This document shows positions 1-12,356 of a stretch of DNA of 64,000 nucleotides, piece after piece; the stretch's first letter is position 1, and each line of letters begins with the position of its first letter. The stretch lies in NCBI GenBank assembly GCA_964270895.1, contig OZ185444.1. One strand, written 5' to 3'. The position numbers were made by a program, and so were the translations under genes. The stretch is from Podarcis filfolensis (Eukaryota). Under the pieces are notes generated by a model that was given only the letters and a program-made list of their open reading frames with translations, did no database searches and had not been told where the DNA came from.

Positions 1-86
1 ATTGGAAGCTGCCCCTTGGTTTCCTAACATTTTGGAAGTCGAAGGGACTTCCGGAACAGATTGCGTTCAACTTCCGAGGTATGACT

Positions 87-87
<1 letters not shown>
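1..87. mobile_element. Right end of a Tc1/mariner-type MITE (cut by window edge)
   Basis: Ends CCGAGGTATGACTG (74-87) followed by TA; this terminus resembles the TIR of the complete MITE at 54421-54646 (CCGAGGTACCACTG-TA). Confidence 0.6.

Positions 88-128
<41 letters not shown>
88..128. repeat. (TAT)n microsatellite
   Basis: Perfect trinucleotide run; explains the poly-Ile ORF 2..208. Confidence 0.98.
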
Positions 129-130
<2 letters not shown>

Positions 131-2719
131 CCCTTGGAGGTTTTTTTAAACCTCTTTGAGGTTTTTAACAATCAAGCAGTATATAAATTTTATGAAATAA
201 ATAAATAGAAGCTCCCCACACATTTCTGAACCCTAATTTTTCAGAATTCTAATACATTCTGGGAGCCACAAAACATACCAGAGGCTCCCCTCATCAGACA
301 GTATCCTTCACATCCCACAAGTTGAAGGTGACAAGAATAGCAAGGCAGAACAGAGCTGGCTTGCTCATCCAACCGGGACCCTGTTAACGCTAATGTGCAC
401 ACCTGTGGAGGGCTAAGTAGACAAGCTTGCATGAAATGTTGGAGGTTATACTATGCAATACATGGCACTGCTTAGAAGTTGTGAATGCCTGGATTTGAAA
501 CCAGTAGAACTGAACATAAGAAACAGATAATGTCAGCAAATTTCAAAGAAGCAGGGAAGATGCCCATCCCTGTGCCAAGATCCTGCGGGAAAGGACTTAA
601 TTCCATCCAGGTTGTCCTTTATTTTTCTTGCTTTGACTAAGAAACCTGCACAGATTGAAAAATAAGACCTTGGGTGGCCATATGAACCCTAAATACTTTG
701 AGTCCCATGGGATTTTCTAAGCTGATGTTAGAGGCACTAGATGTTGATGGTATAAATGAAATAATTTCACCACATTGAGGAAGACAGGCTAAGTATATTT
801 TCTAGTGTATTCCTATGAGGCTCTTAACAGTCTCAAGAGACTATCTCTCCATTTCTCTAGTCCTATGAATAAGCCATGTTGCCTTCAGAATCTCTTCTTG
901 CTCCTTTTTGACAGTAACCTTTCAATTGTTTGCCTCTAGAGTGACCCAGAATGGTCAATGCCACAGGGAAGAAAAAAGAAAAAGAAAACTGAACTTCATG
1001 CCGGCTTGCAGCCTTCATTAATAAAGGAATGGTCCTCTTTTTATTTAGTGCTATTAAAGCTAGCGTTAATCTTTATCAACCATCCAGCTTCCTGAGGAAA
1101 TCAGATTTAACTCACTCATTGCTATTTACTTTGTCTATTTCAGGGGGAGATTAATGGGTATGACATTTATCCTGATCGTTAAACTCTTTAATGAGCTTCA
1201 CGTCCGAACACACCAGCTGGAACTGGCATTCTGTAAGAGGACTCTGTTGACAGGATTTCTCCCCACCAATTCCTCTCACCATTGATATCATTTGAAGCAC
1301 TGAATGAAGTGGAAACACCCAAATCTCCACCTGCTGAGAGCTTTAAGATGTTATTTTGGAGTTCATTGGTAATGCTAATGTTCTGTCTTAAATTAAAGTT
1401 GAATTGTTTTGAAGCAATCCAGGAAGCCGTTGCTGGACCACTTTCAAAGCTTATAAAGTGACTGAAGTCAGCCAGCCAGGATATTAATATTTGAAGGCAA
1501 ACAGACTTTGCTAACCCAACAAAGGCACAAGTTGTCACACAAACAAGGCAGTGAAACGGCAGAAACCAGCTAAAGTCAGTTTCCTTCAGGGGAGTTTGAC
1601 ATGTATACAGATGTGCTGACATGAAGCCACTTTGCTGACCAATGGAAAGCCTCAAGACATTCAATTTTATTGAAATTAGTAAAGCTCTCTCTGCAGTCTC
1701 ATTAATTTAGGAATGGGCAAGAGTGACGTAGATAATCTGCTTCAAAACTGACTTTGAGGATGACCACATGGAGAGGCTTATCTTATAAATAAAACTATTA
1801 CAACTGCAAATATTTCAAAGAAGTATGACAGACAATTGCCTATTACAGTGTTTCTCTAGCAGTGCAAGCCTCTATTCCCATTAAGTTAAGGGAGGTTACT
1901 CCTAAGAAACTGAAGTATAGGCTTGCCATATCCAGGAACTAGGAAAATACATGACCACCAAAGCTAGAGGGCTGTAGGATGCAAAGAAAAAATGACTTCT
2001 ATTTTGGTATTTGACTCTATTGCAACTTTCTGTATTATACGAGTCTGCAATATGTTCTTTACATGTTCCCCCAAATTTCAGCCTGGAAGGAACAAATCTC
2101 ATCCAAAACTATGGTGGAGGGCCTGAATCCATACTGCACATCATGGGAAGAACAGCATCATCCATACTTCATGGATCATGGAGGTGTGGCAAGTGAATGG
2201 ATGCTGGACAAAATCACCAAAAACATATGAGATCTTGAGGCAAATTAGTGGGATGAATGAACTAAAGAACTGATGAAGTACAGGCGTTGTTGGAGATGGG
2301 TGACCAGAAGAAAGAACATTTCTTCTCATGCTTGTCAAGTAAGGGAAACTGAAATGCAATCCTGATTTTGAGTGTCAACCCTATTTGTTTTGCATACTAA
2401 GCGGAACGAAACTTCTGCAGGATCTCAAGAACATCCAACAGCTAAATTAGTTCTGTAGTTTCAGGAAATGCTTACCTTTGTTTCCATTCCATTGGACAGC
2501 CCACCATCCTCACCTGTCAACATCACTTTCAAGTGGCAATTGGCATGTTTGGGACAGCTGGCATTTGCCTTGGCAGAGAGGTATGTAAGTGTCTCAGACT
2601 TCTAAACACGTCCACAATTTAGATGTTGGTTTTCCCAAGCGCAAATTTGTCCAAGAGGGAGGGAATGTGACTTAGATATATTCTGAGTAGAGATGTGTGA
2701 AGCCTCTCCTTTTATTTCC

Positions 2720-3133
2720 TTTTTTATATGTAATTTTTATTAATTTTCCATTTAGGCAATCACATCATTATTTACCTCTCTGGCTCTTTAGAGCCCATCC
2801 ACTTCCTTCCCTCCCACCTCATGGCTTTCAAAATTAACCTTTATATCATTGCATTTTGTGCTTTTTCCTATTCTAGTTACATTCCTTACAAAATACCTTA
2901 AAATTTAAATATAGAAAGGGAGAAAATTTCTCATTACAAGTCTTCAGACAACCCTGCTAGTGGTGTTAATTGCTTACAGTAATCTTTCAAATATCGTATA
3001 AATTTATTCCAGTCCTTTTGGAATACTTGATCATGCTGGTTCTGGATTTTTCCTGTCGGTTTCGCCAATTCCTCAAAGTCCATCATTTTCATCTGCCACT
3101 CTTCTTTCGTTGGTACTTCTTGTTGTTTCCATG
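2720..3133 (-). mobile_element. 5'-truncated L1 LINE (ORF2 C-terminus plus 3' UTR)
   Basis: Minus strand reads AWKQQEVPTKEEWQMKMMDFEELAKPTGKIQNQHDQVFQKDWNKFIRYLKDYCKQL..., homologous to the L1 ORF2 tails at 31782 and 59464. T-rich tail at the left; probable 17-bp TSD 2703-2719/3134-3150 (15/17 match). Confidence 0.85.
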
Positions 3134-3617
3134 CCTCCCATTTTATTTCCCTCCCATTTTATTTCCCATGTATGCCTCCCATTTTATTTCCCTATTTCCT
3201 TTCACCTCCAGTATTTTTGCATTGCATTTTCAGACCACTGATCCCACAAGAAGTGATGTCTGCAATGCTGATCCATAACACAGAAACATTACAGCATGCA
3301 TATCATGTTGTGCATTCAACAACACAGCTAAGCAGCACAGAGCAGATGTGTGCAAATGCATAATTGCATCCGTCAAACTGATAATGAATGCATGGCTCCA
3401 CATCTGCCCTATTTGGACACAACAGTCGTATGCCACTCTAATCTCGGAGCGGTGTGAGATTCCAGGGGTTCCAGACGTTTATTGAGGGTTTGTGTTTCCT
3501 TATGGAAATGAGGTAGAGCAAAGATTGTGATGTCTCTGCAGAGATTGTGAGGTTTATTTACTCATATATTCAACCTGAGCCTGCAATGGAGGAATTCACA
3601 GCATTAACACCCCAAAA

Positions 3618-3873
3618 GAAGAAGAAGAAGAGAATCGTTTGGATTTGATATCCCACGTTTCACTCCCTTTAAGGAGTCTCAAAGCGGCTAACATTCTCCT
3701 TTCCCTTCCTCGCCCACAACAAACACTCTGTGAGGTGAGTGGGGCTGAGAGGCTTCAAAGAAGTGTGACTGGCCCTAGGTCACCCAGCAGCTGCGTGTGG
3801 AGGAGCGGAGACACGAACCCGGCTCCCCAGATTATGAGACTACCGCTCTTAACCACTACACTATACTGGCTCT
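3618..3873 (-). mobile_element. tRNA-derived CORE/MIR-like SINE with L2-like tail
   Basis: Reverse complement closely matches the copy at 20548-20790; tRNA-like A/B boxes; (TTC)n tail. Confidence 0.9.
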
Positions 3874-4333
3874 TTTTTCAAAAGGGTCTTTTTTCTCCCA
3901 TAGTCACAGCCTTGGATTCAAACAGAGATCTTGCTTTCCCAGCCTGCCACTTTTGTGTCCAGCTTCTAGCTCACCTGACTCCTAGCTCTGAACTCTGGTT
4001 TTATTCCTTCTCACTGTGAGCTGAGGGAGGGTCCATACCCATTTGTGTCTCCCACAGAGCCCCTTTCTTTGATTAGCTTTTAACACTTGCTGGATCCAGG
4101 GGTTAGAAGTCTGCCAACTAGCTTAACACCTCAAGCCTTGATTAAATTCTAACACTTGCAGGATCCAGGAATTATAGACATCTGGCACCCACAAACTCAT
4201 AACAAAAAAAGAAACTGGAAGCACACAATAACTGATATTATGGTGATGCCCCTTATGCAGAGTACTCAGTTGCTAGAGCATGGGATGCTTAATCCCAGTG
4301 TTGTGTGTCTGAGCCCTATGTTGGGCAAAAGAC

Positions 4334-4403
4334 TCCTCCACTGCAAGGGGTTGGACTAGATGACCCTCATGATCCCTTCCAACTCTACAAATCTGTGATT
4401 CTA
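4334..4403 (+). mobile_element. CR1 LINE 3' end
   Basis: GGTTGGACTAGATGACC...CCCTTCCAACTCTAC...TGATTCTA: typical CR1 3' terminal motif with ATTCT(A/G)TG-like tail. Confidence 0.8.
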
Positions 4404-5300
4404 AGATATGCTGATCCCCCATTCCCTTGTTTGTTGAGGCAGAATCTTCTTCCTGTTCGTTCTTATCAAAGCCCTGGGCGTCATTCTCATATTTATTTGA
4501 TCTCACCTTAAGAGAGCATAGATGAAAAATAAATAATAACTTGGAGCTGACTAATTGGTATGCCAGATTCTCACAGTCTTTTGGGATTCTCATTGAAAAG
4601 ATAAATTTCTTGAAGCCACCTGGAAGGCCTTTTATATGGAGTTTTGCCATCTGTGGATTTCATATCTTTCTTCTGATGAAGGGGTGGGTGAAATCTACTG
4701 CATGAGCTTTCTCAGTGGCGAATAATCTCAGCTGGGTTTTCTTAAAGTAACCCAAGATGAAATATCAACTCAGATTGTTAAAATATGCTAAAACATCTGT
4801 CAAAAGCAGCTGATAATGTTCCTTCCATTTTGTTTCTATTATCTTTTCTATTAACAGGCAGTAAAACTGACAGACTGGATTTTTGTTGTTAGCCAACAAA
4901 TGAATGCCTCTGAGTGCAGAAAGTATTTATGAAGTATTTAGTGCTGATAAACGAGCCTTCACCATTCTCCATCATGTAATTGCATTGAGATGCAAGAGTT
5001 CTCCTTTCTTGCTTAGCTGGTTTGATCTTTTGCCATCAAAACGGAGGAAGGGAATGGTGGCTGACATGGGACAAAAACATGCAGAGAGCGCCAGACCAAC
5101 CCGGGAGTGTGTGGTGAAGCCACAGCACAGCAGGAAATGGTAGGGGTTTCAGTCGAAAGCATAATGATTTTTTATGTAATTAAAACAATCTGAATCAATA
5201 ACTAAATAAAAAAAAAGCAACTGGGGAAAAATGCAACTCTGGAAACAGTTAAGTATAAACTGATGGTTGGAAAAACAGGTTCTTTTCTCTTTTTTTACAG

Positions 5301-5940
5301 CAGTAATTCTTTAATTCTTTCAACTCAGATTCTATGATACAAAAACTATCCCAGGCCAGCCTTTATCTAAGATATAATGTGATTGTTTAATGGGGAAGGA
5401 AAAGTGGATTTTGATGTCTGGTATTGGTAAAAAAAAGGGACACGGGTGGCGCTGTGGGTTAAAACCACAGAGCCTAGGACTTGCTGATCAGAAGGTTGGT
5501 GGTTCGAATCCCCGCGATGGGGTGAGCTCCCGTTGCTCAGTCCCTGCTCCTGCCAACCTAGCAGTTCGAAAGCACGTCAAAGTGCAAGTAGATAAATAGG
5601 TACTGCTCCGGCGGGAGGGTAAACGGCGTTTTGGTGCGCTGCTCTGGTTCACCAGAAGCGGCTTAGTCATGCTGGCCACATGACCTGGAAGCTGTCTGTG
5701 GACAAACGCCGACTCCCTCGGCCCATAGAGCGAGATGAGCGCCGCTACCCCAGAGTCGGTCACGACTGGACCTTTACCTTTACCTATTGGTAAAAAGGTA
5801 TTGGTTGCAAAAGAGGAGAGCCAGTGTGATGTTGGGGGTCAGAGCAATCTTCTCTAGCCTGGTGCCCCCCAGATGGTGTGGGACTCCAGCTCCCATCAGC
5901 CTCAGCCAGCATGGCCAGTGGCCAAGGATGATGGGAGCTG
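5301..5940 (+). repeat. Local duplication, copy A (interrupted by the Sauria SINE)
   Basis: 5301-5433 plus 5797-5940 aligns with 8048-8330; about 12 mismatches in the central ~125 bp. Confidence 0.85.
5437..5784 (+). mobile_element. Sauria SINE, near full length
   Basis: GGGACACGGGTGGCGCTGTGGG head, B box GGTTCGAATCCC, (ACCTTT)n tail; 12-bp TSD TATTGGTAAAAA at 5422-5433 and 5785-5796. Confidence 0.95.
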
Positions 5941-6100
5941 TAGTTCCAACAACATCCAGAGGGCCCCAGATTGCGGGAGAAAGCATTGGAGGAGCATGCA
6001 GGTGCTGCTGGATGACAACTCTGATCAGCCCTAGCATGCATGGCCAAGTGATGAGCAGTTCAGCAACATCTGAAGGCCCAAAGATGCCCCTAAATCTGAA

Positions 6101-6301
6101 TTAAAGTGTTGGACCAGGGAGGCCCAGATTCAAGTCCTCACTCAGGCACAATGCTCACTGGGTGGAGTGGACTAGTCACTCTTTTGCAGTCTAACATACA
6201 GTATTTCACTGAGCTCATATGAGAATAAAATAGGGCAGTGGTTGGTAAAGAACCAATACTGCCCAAAACGCTTGGAAGGAGAGGAAACAAATGTAATAAA
6301 T
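6101..6301 (+). mobile_element. Old CORE/MIR-like SINE
   Basis: TTAAAGTGTTGGAC...CCCAGATTCAAGTCC (B-box-like)...GAGAATAAAATAGGG...AAATGTAATAAAT; degenerate. Confidence 0.6.
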
Positions 6302-6910
6302 TGTTGCTGTTGTTTGAAAGAAATACGATAGTTCTAAGGCTGCTTTTAGTCTTAGACGTAAGCTCTTCACCTAATATTAAAGCCAGTTTTCACTTCCTCT
6401 GCCTCACTGACATTTAGGCATATATATAACTGAATGGGTAAACAAAAATGGCGAGGTGACATGTGGTGCTCTATTTTTAAACACAAGCATCTGTGCATGC
6501 ATCATGCTCATAAGAAATGTACAACTGTGGAAAAGTTTCACACACATATTTTGCTCCTACCCTTTTGGTTTCATCTCCCACTTTTAACTATAAATATTTT
6601 GATTTTTAAAAATTTATTTTAAAAATAGGCACACAAGACAAAGTGAAATAATATTTCCCCCTCTTTTCCCGCTCCCTGTTCAGTCGCTGCCCACACTTTG
6701 TAATCTGTCCAATTAAGGAGATCCAGAATCGCCCATCCATGTTTATGATGTCTCCAAAAGTTGCACAGAAATAGAAAAGTGAAGTATAAATGTTCATTTC
6801 AAATACCAGGTGACACTGTGGTCCCATAACCCTTCTTAAAATGAGATGTCAATTTAATGTAATTTTGAAAATTCAACTCTTTTCTTCCTGTCAAACGCAA
6901 GTCAGTTGAA

Positions 6911-7103
6911 GGAAGCACTGTAGCTTAGTGGCAGAGCATCTTATATGCACCCCAAAGGTCCCAAATTCAAACACCAGCATCTCTGGAGGGGACTGAGAGA
7001 CCCTTATCTGAAGCCTAGGACAGCTGCTGCCAGTCATTGCAGACAATACTAAACTAGTTGGATCAGTGTTCAAATTCAGTATAAGGCAGTATTATATCTT
7101 CCT
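6911..7103 (+). mobile_element. Older tRNA-derived SINE (~200 bp squamate family)
   Basis: GTAGCTTAGTGGCAGAGCAT (A box)...AAGGTCCCAAATTCAAA (B box)...GCTGCCAGTCA...AGACAATACT...GTATAAGGCAG; related copies at 12677, 44984 and 48708. Confidence 0.75.
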
Positions 7104-8047
7104 ATGTAGCAGTCAAGCCTCATAGGATTTTTTTGGCTCATATCAGCCCCCACCCCAGGCTGATGTTCTGTTGTTACTTGATAATGTTGCTAGAGCTCTT
7201 TTTAAAATGGTTTTGTTTGACCTTAGCTTTTAGGGTGCTTTTCTTAATGTGGCTAAAGTTTCATACACTCTTTTTGTTTCCTAATTGTCATTAGCTTTCT
7301 AATATTTAATAAGTGATGGCAATACTCTATTTGGAATTCATTAGCTGCCTTGAAATTTTAGGAAAGAAGAGGCAGAATGTCTTAGGAATAAATAGATGTA
7401 AGGAAGCTTTGTTAATTAGGTAGCACTATATTAAATAATGCTGTGACCGCTGTCAGACTGTAGAAACTGCCTACGCTAATCAGAGAATCATGACACACCA
7501 AGGAATCCATCAAACCTGTGGGTGGGTAAATTAGTTTTCTTGGTGCCCACTCAGTGCTACAGATGGTGTGCTGTCCCCCCACTCCTCAATACCTGCTATG
7601 CTATAAACAGAGCCTTTCTCTAGTGATGATATATGAGAGACGTGAATTGAGTTCACCTCAAGGGATTGATTTGTAAAGGCCATTCCTTCTGCTTAGAAAG
7701 AAGAAGAAAGTTACCCTTAGCTTTAAGGCAGCAGTGGTGAGCCTTCAGCCTGCCGCCAATTCCTACCAGTCTCTGCCCACTCCTTGACCCCATTTCCTCT
7801 ACTGTTCATCAGCTTCTCCCTAATCAGTTGTGGGAGACTGAGAGCTGCTTTCTTCCTCCATGGGCAGACTGAGGCATTTCTATGCCTTTCTTTGTCCCAT
7901 ACTCAACGTGCAGCATGGGATCACAGCAATCTGCCCATGGAGGAACAGATTTGGAGTGAAGAAGCTGTGGCCTCCCAGATGTTGTTGGACTACCAACAGG
8001 CCCATTCAGCATCAAAGGTTTAGTACAGTGGTTTTTGTTTCTCACCG

Positions 8048-8330
8048 CAGTAATTTTTTAATTCTTTCAGCTCAGATTCTCTGTTGTTGTTGTTTACAAA
8101 AAGTATCCCAGATCAGACCTTATCTAAGCACTAGTGTGATTGTTTCATGGATAAAGAAAAGTGGATTTTGATGTTTGGTATTGGTAGAAAGGTATTGATT
8201 GCAAAACAGGAGAACCAGTGTGATGTAGGGTGTCAGAGCAATCTTCCCTAGCCTGGTGCCCTGGGTGGGGTGGGCATCCAGCTCCCATCAGCCCTAGTCA
8301 GCATAGAGAATAGTCAAGGATGATTGGAGG
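8048..8330 (+). repeat. Local duplication, copy B (no SINE)
   Basis: Same unique sequence joined at the same point to a degenerate palindromic MITE as in copy A. Confidence 0.85.
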
Positions 8331-9929
8331 TCCCCCATATCCCCCATGCATGATTTAAAATTTAAGAGAAGTAAGAATCTGCATTAGGACCACCATGGTG
8401 AAATAGGTGCATCCCCTTGTGTTCATATCTATATTCTTTAGAATAATTGTTTTACCTGAATTATAGATATGTGCAAGTACAATCATAAGAGCCAGGAAAA
8501 GAACATTGTCCTGGACGTTGTTGGGCATCTTTAGCGTAACATCGAAACAACAACATAATAAAAAATAATGTAACAATGTTCTGGAAAATGTGAATTAGTT
8601 TATCCCAATTTTACGTCGGGTAGATGAGATATTCCTTTGTAGAAGACAGAGCTCCCTTTGAATTGTGTGGATTGTTGTTAGGAGGGGTGTACATGTATGA
8701 TAGTCACCTTTTTCGAGTGTGTTAGCTGAATTAATGGACAAAGTTTCACTATCCTCCTACTGAGTGTATATTAGGCAGGTGTTTAGACATCAAGTAACAC
8801 ATAGTGGTCTCCTTTCACTCAGGCTAAATTGCAGTGGCACTGAGCCAGGAGGAGTAAGGAAGAGAACTACCTGAGCCCTGGCCACCCTGCAGAGAAGCTC
8901 GAAGTCAAGCAGGATCAGAACACTGCCTCAATAGTGTGATGCATACAGTTGGTGTACAATGCTTGACCACAGAGACAATCAAGCAGGGATGGACCCTGCC
9001 TTGCCAGAGTTGCTTGGCTGTTTCCCTCACAGAGCTATTTATCAATCACATACTACAGGTGTTGCTGGAACAACCCAAGCTACCGTCCAGGTAGCCACTT
9101 GGCAGGTTGCATTATAGGGCATTTCATCACCCTAATTGCTAAAAAACTCCATGCACATTGTGATTAATTTTCCATGACTATAGGGTCCCCAACGGTTGGG
9201 TCTTGGAATATCACTGCATAGAACAAGGGAAGAGAATTTAAAACAGAGACAAAATGGTGATTGTTTTCTGAGCTATGAATTTTAGAAACATCCAGAACAT
9301 GTTTTTCAATCAATCCCAATCTTACTCTTTTGAACTGCATTTTACTTTGAACGCACAGGATTAAAAAGAGGGGGAAAGTGATTTGTTTTTCAGTATAACA
9401 AAATCCATGAGCCAAGTGTTTACAGATTTATTTGAGTCTCCCAATGAGTATGAATGTGTGTTGGAGGAATAAAGTACTTCTTTAAATCAGGATTTGACTA
9501 TCTTATAAAATGCATTATGCACTTTTCTTTAGATGAGGATACTTTTTTAAAAAAAGAAAAATGGTTAAGTGTTCTGTCTGAGTTCACTTTGACTTCAGAA
9601 TGAGTCACATGTATCCTGTGCAATTAATGCAAATTTAATGGATTGATCAACTAAATCTAATCAATTAAGATTTATTAACCCTACTACATACCTACAGCTC
9701 AATACATGTAGCCTGTTCAGAGCTGCCACTGAATGGGGATGATAGACACAATCCTGATTCCCTGATCATCACAGACCTTTTCAGACATGCAACAGTAGGA
9801 CTTTACATATGGTTCTTTACATATGTCCTGTTCAATGGGACATGGGGTAAGTGTTGCAAAATTGGCAGTCCTACAACCAATGCAAGAAAAGGGCTTATTT
9901 AGGTGTTTGCCAGGTGAATAGATCTATAG

Positions 9930-10065
9930 CAGGCTTCCTCAACCTCAGCCCTCCAGATGTTTTGAGACTACAGTTCCCATCATTCCTGACCATTGGTCCT
10001 GCTGGCTAGGGATCATGGGAGTTGTAGTCCAAAAACATCTGGAGGGCCAAGGTTGAGGAAGCCTG
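9930..10065. mobile_element. 136-bp palindromic hAT MITE
   Basis: TIR CAGGCTTCCTCAACCT...AGGTTGAGGAAGCCTG; 8-bp TSD ATCTATAG/ATCTACAG. Confidence 0.92.
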
Positions 10066-10448
10066 ATCTACAGTATCCAAGCTTCGTGGCTCATGCCACA
10101 AAGGCAGACATAAAAACTCCACACCCCAACCATGAAAACTTGGAGTAGCAAACCAGTGGCCCTCCAAATATTGCTGGACTTCATCTCCCATCTCGCCTGA
10201 CCATCAGCCATGCTTCATCACATTGATGGGAGTTCAAGAACAACTGGGAGCGGCACAGATCCCCCTTTTCTAACCTGGGTGAAGACACTTGTATATTCGG
10301 TTCTACTGACATATATCCAGGGCTACAAAGGGGGAAAGAATGGGGAAAAGGAAGCGCAGTGAACGTAACGCTTCCATCATGTCTGCCAGCCCATATTCAG
10401 CCTGTAGAATGGAGGACAATAAGGAATATGATTTAAGGGAGCGTTAAG

Positions 10449-10678
10449 AAGTAGTGATGGCTACCAACTTGGATGGCTTTAAAAGAGTGTGATGCAAATT
10501 CATGGAGGGCAAGGCTGTGTTCTACCTCCAGGCAGTATTCCCCAGAATGCCAGCTGCTGCCAATCACAAGTGGGGAGAATTTTGATGTTCTCTGGTCCTG
10601 CTCGTGGGTCTCCCATTGGCCACTTTGGGGACAGGATGGTGGACTGGCCAAACCCAACAGACTCTTCTTACGTTCTTA
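10449..10678 (+). mobile_element. CR1 LINE 3' UTR fragment
   Basis: GTAGTGATGGCTACCAACTTGGATGGCTTTAAAAGAG...AAATTCATGGAGG...CTCTTCTTACGTTCTTA. Confidence 0.7.
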
Positions 10679-12356
10679 TTGGTATGCAGTGATGCTACTG
10701 AAATAGTATTTTCAAGGCAGATGAGGCATTGAACTGGCAGGGTTTTGGACATTCAATTTTGATTTGTAGATATTATACCCCCTGGGTTGTTGTTTTTTTA
10801 CTGCTTGTTTTCTTCTTATGAGTACTGGAATTCTAAGTAGGAAGGGTTGGTTGTGGGATAGTTCTTCTAAATTCTAGTCACATGGACATTCAAATCACTG
10901 GACATAGCAACATATTTACAATGTGCAATACAACTTTCAGGTTTAAGGCAGTTTAGTTTTTCATTTGAAAAAAAATCAGATGTTGGTTTGACAAAGCAAA
11001 AGTTGTGAGTGTTTCTTGGTGAAGAGTGATAGAGAACTCATTTTCTGTAAGTACAGTTCAGTATGGGCTTTTTGGAACTGAGTATTTGTTTGCGGTTTGC
11101 TTACTGTAACATCTTAATAGCCTTAATATTGAAATCAGGGAGCATAAGGGTCTGGAATTAGCCATTTACATTCTGAGTGGTTGCTACCACAGTCGCTGGA
11201 ATTAAATTATTTATGCAAAGGAAGACTGCTTTTCTCTTCTTTTTAGTGCACTGACTGGCTATTCAGTGGAAATGGGGGAAAGTAGGGGATCTTTTTCCCT
11301 TTCAAAACTGAGCCTCCTTTTCAAGGTTGCATTGAAAAAAAATGTCAAGAAAAACATAATGAGGATGAAGAGAAATCTGTGTATTGCACCTCCCATTGAC
11401 TTCTGAAAGAGTATCTGTGTTGTGTAACAATGGAAGATTCCGCTAGCACGATAAGTTTCACCTTTAGTGAAGCCATTAACACTTCCTGTCGTCTTTTAGT
11501 GCTGCTTCCCTCAAGGGGCTAAACCAGGCTTAGGGCACAGTGCTTTCCTGGTAATGGAAATCTGCTTCTAAACGGAAGCAAAGTTCAGATAAAAGAAAAA
11601 AATCCCTTGTAGCGAATCCATCTGTTTACAATAGAAATAAAAGTGAAAACCACAAAAGAAGAAGGAAGAAGTAGTAAATGAATGGATTCTAGTCTCATTA
11701 AGAGGGGAAAAAAACAGTAAGCACAAAGGCTGTATTCCATTACAAATGTCATGAGACATCGAAAAAAAAACGTTCTTAATGGATAATGATGACTGTGAAA
11801 ATAGGAGTTTCTCTACTATATATTTCATGTCTTCTGTTCCACCCATGAAAGAAGATAAAATGGCATTGCTGGGTATCCATTCTGATAGCAACACAGAATT
11901 ATTTTAATTGCACTGCTCTTTGGTTGTTTCCCTCTCAGTGCAAACAACGGTGTGTGTTTTGGATTGATGTTGGAGTGGGGGGAAAGAGTTAAAGTTCCTA
12001 TCACACTGGACCACACCATGATCCCAATCCAGATTGGGATCCCCCATAACTGCTCTTTTAAAACATCTATCACCCAGTTGTTAATTATGGAAATAAACAG
12101 TACATCTGCATTCACATTTACTGCCAAGTTTAGCAATGGATTATTAAATAATTACTGCCACATATGAGCAGGTGCCACCATTATGTTTCTGTAATATACA
12201 GCTGTCAGAGCATATGCAGATAGACTTTACAGTGAGAATACTTTTCTCCCCTACATTTCTCTTAAAAGGTGAACTTTTTCTCATTGTTTAATAAGCTGCA
12301 TATAGAGCTAAGAGAACTGCAAGCGTCTGGCTGGGAACAGGCTTTAGGGTTTACCC

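Noticed and set aside
2-208. Homopolymer ORFs (poly-I, -N, -L, -F, RE/SL repeats) here and at 14478, 16430, 33868, 44986, 48879 and 60099
   Set aside because: All are translations of microsatellites.
1188-1664. 158-aa minus-strand ORF, the longest non-TE ORF
   Set aside because: It starts at a non-ATG codon, has no recognisable domain or motif, and has no convincing splice context; not called as a CDS.
4273-4650. 125-aa minus-strand ORF
   Set aside because: It runs through a CR1 3' end and has no recognisable domain.
11786-11885. Possible C/D-box snoRNA (ATGATGA...CTGA); similar boxes near 20810
   Set aside because: No terminal stem and no recognisable guide; at 20810 the box is part of a (GAT)n microsatellite.
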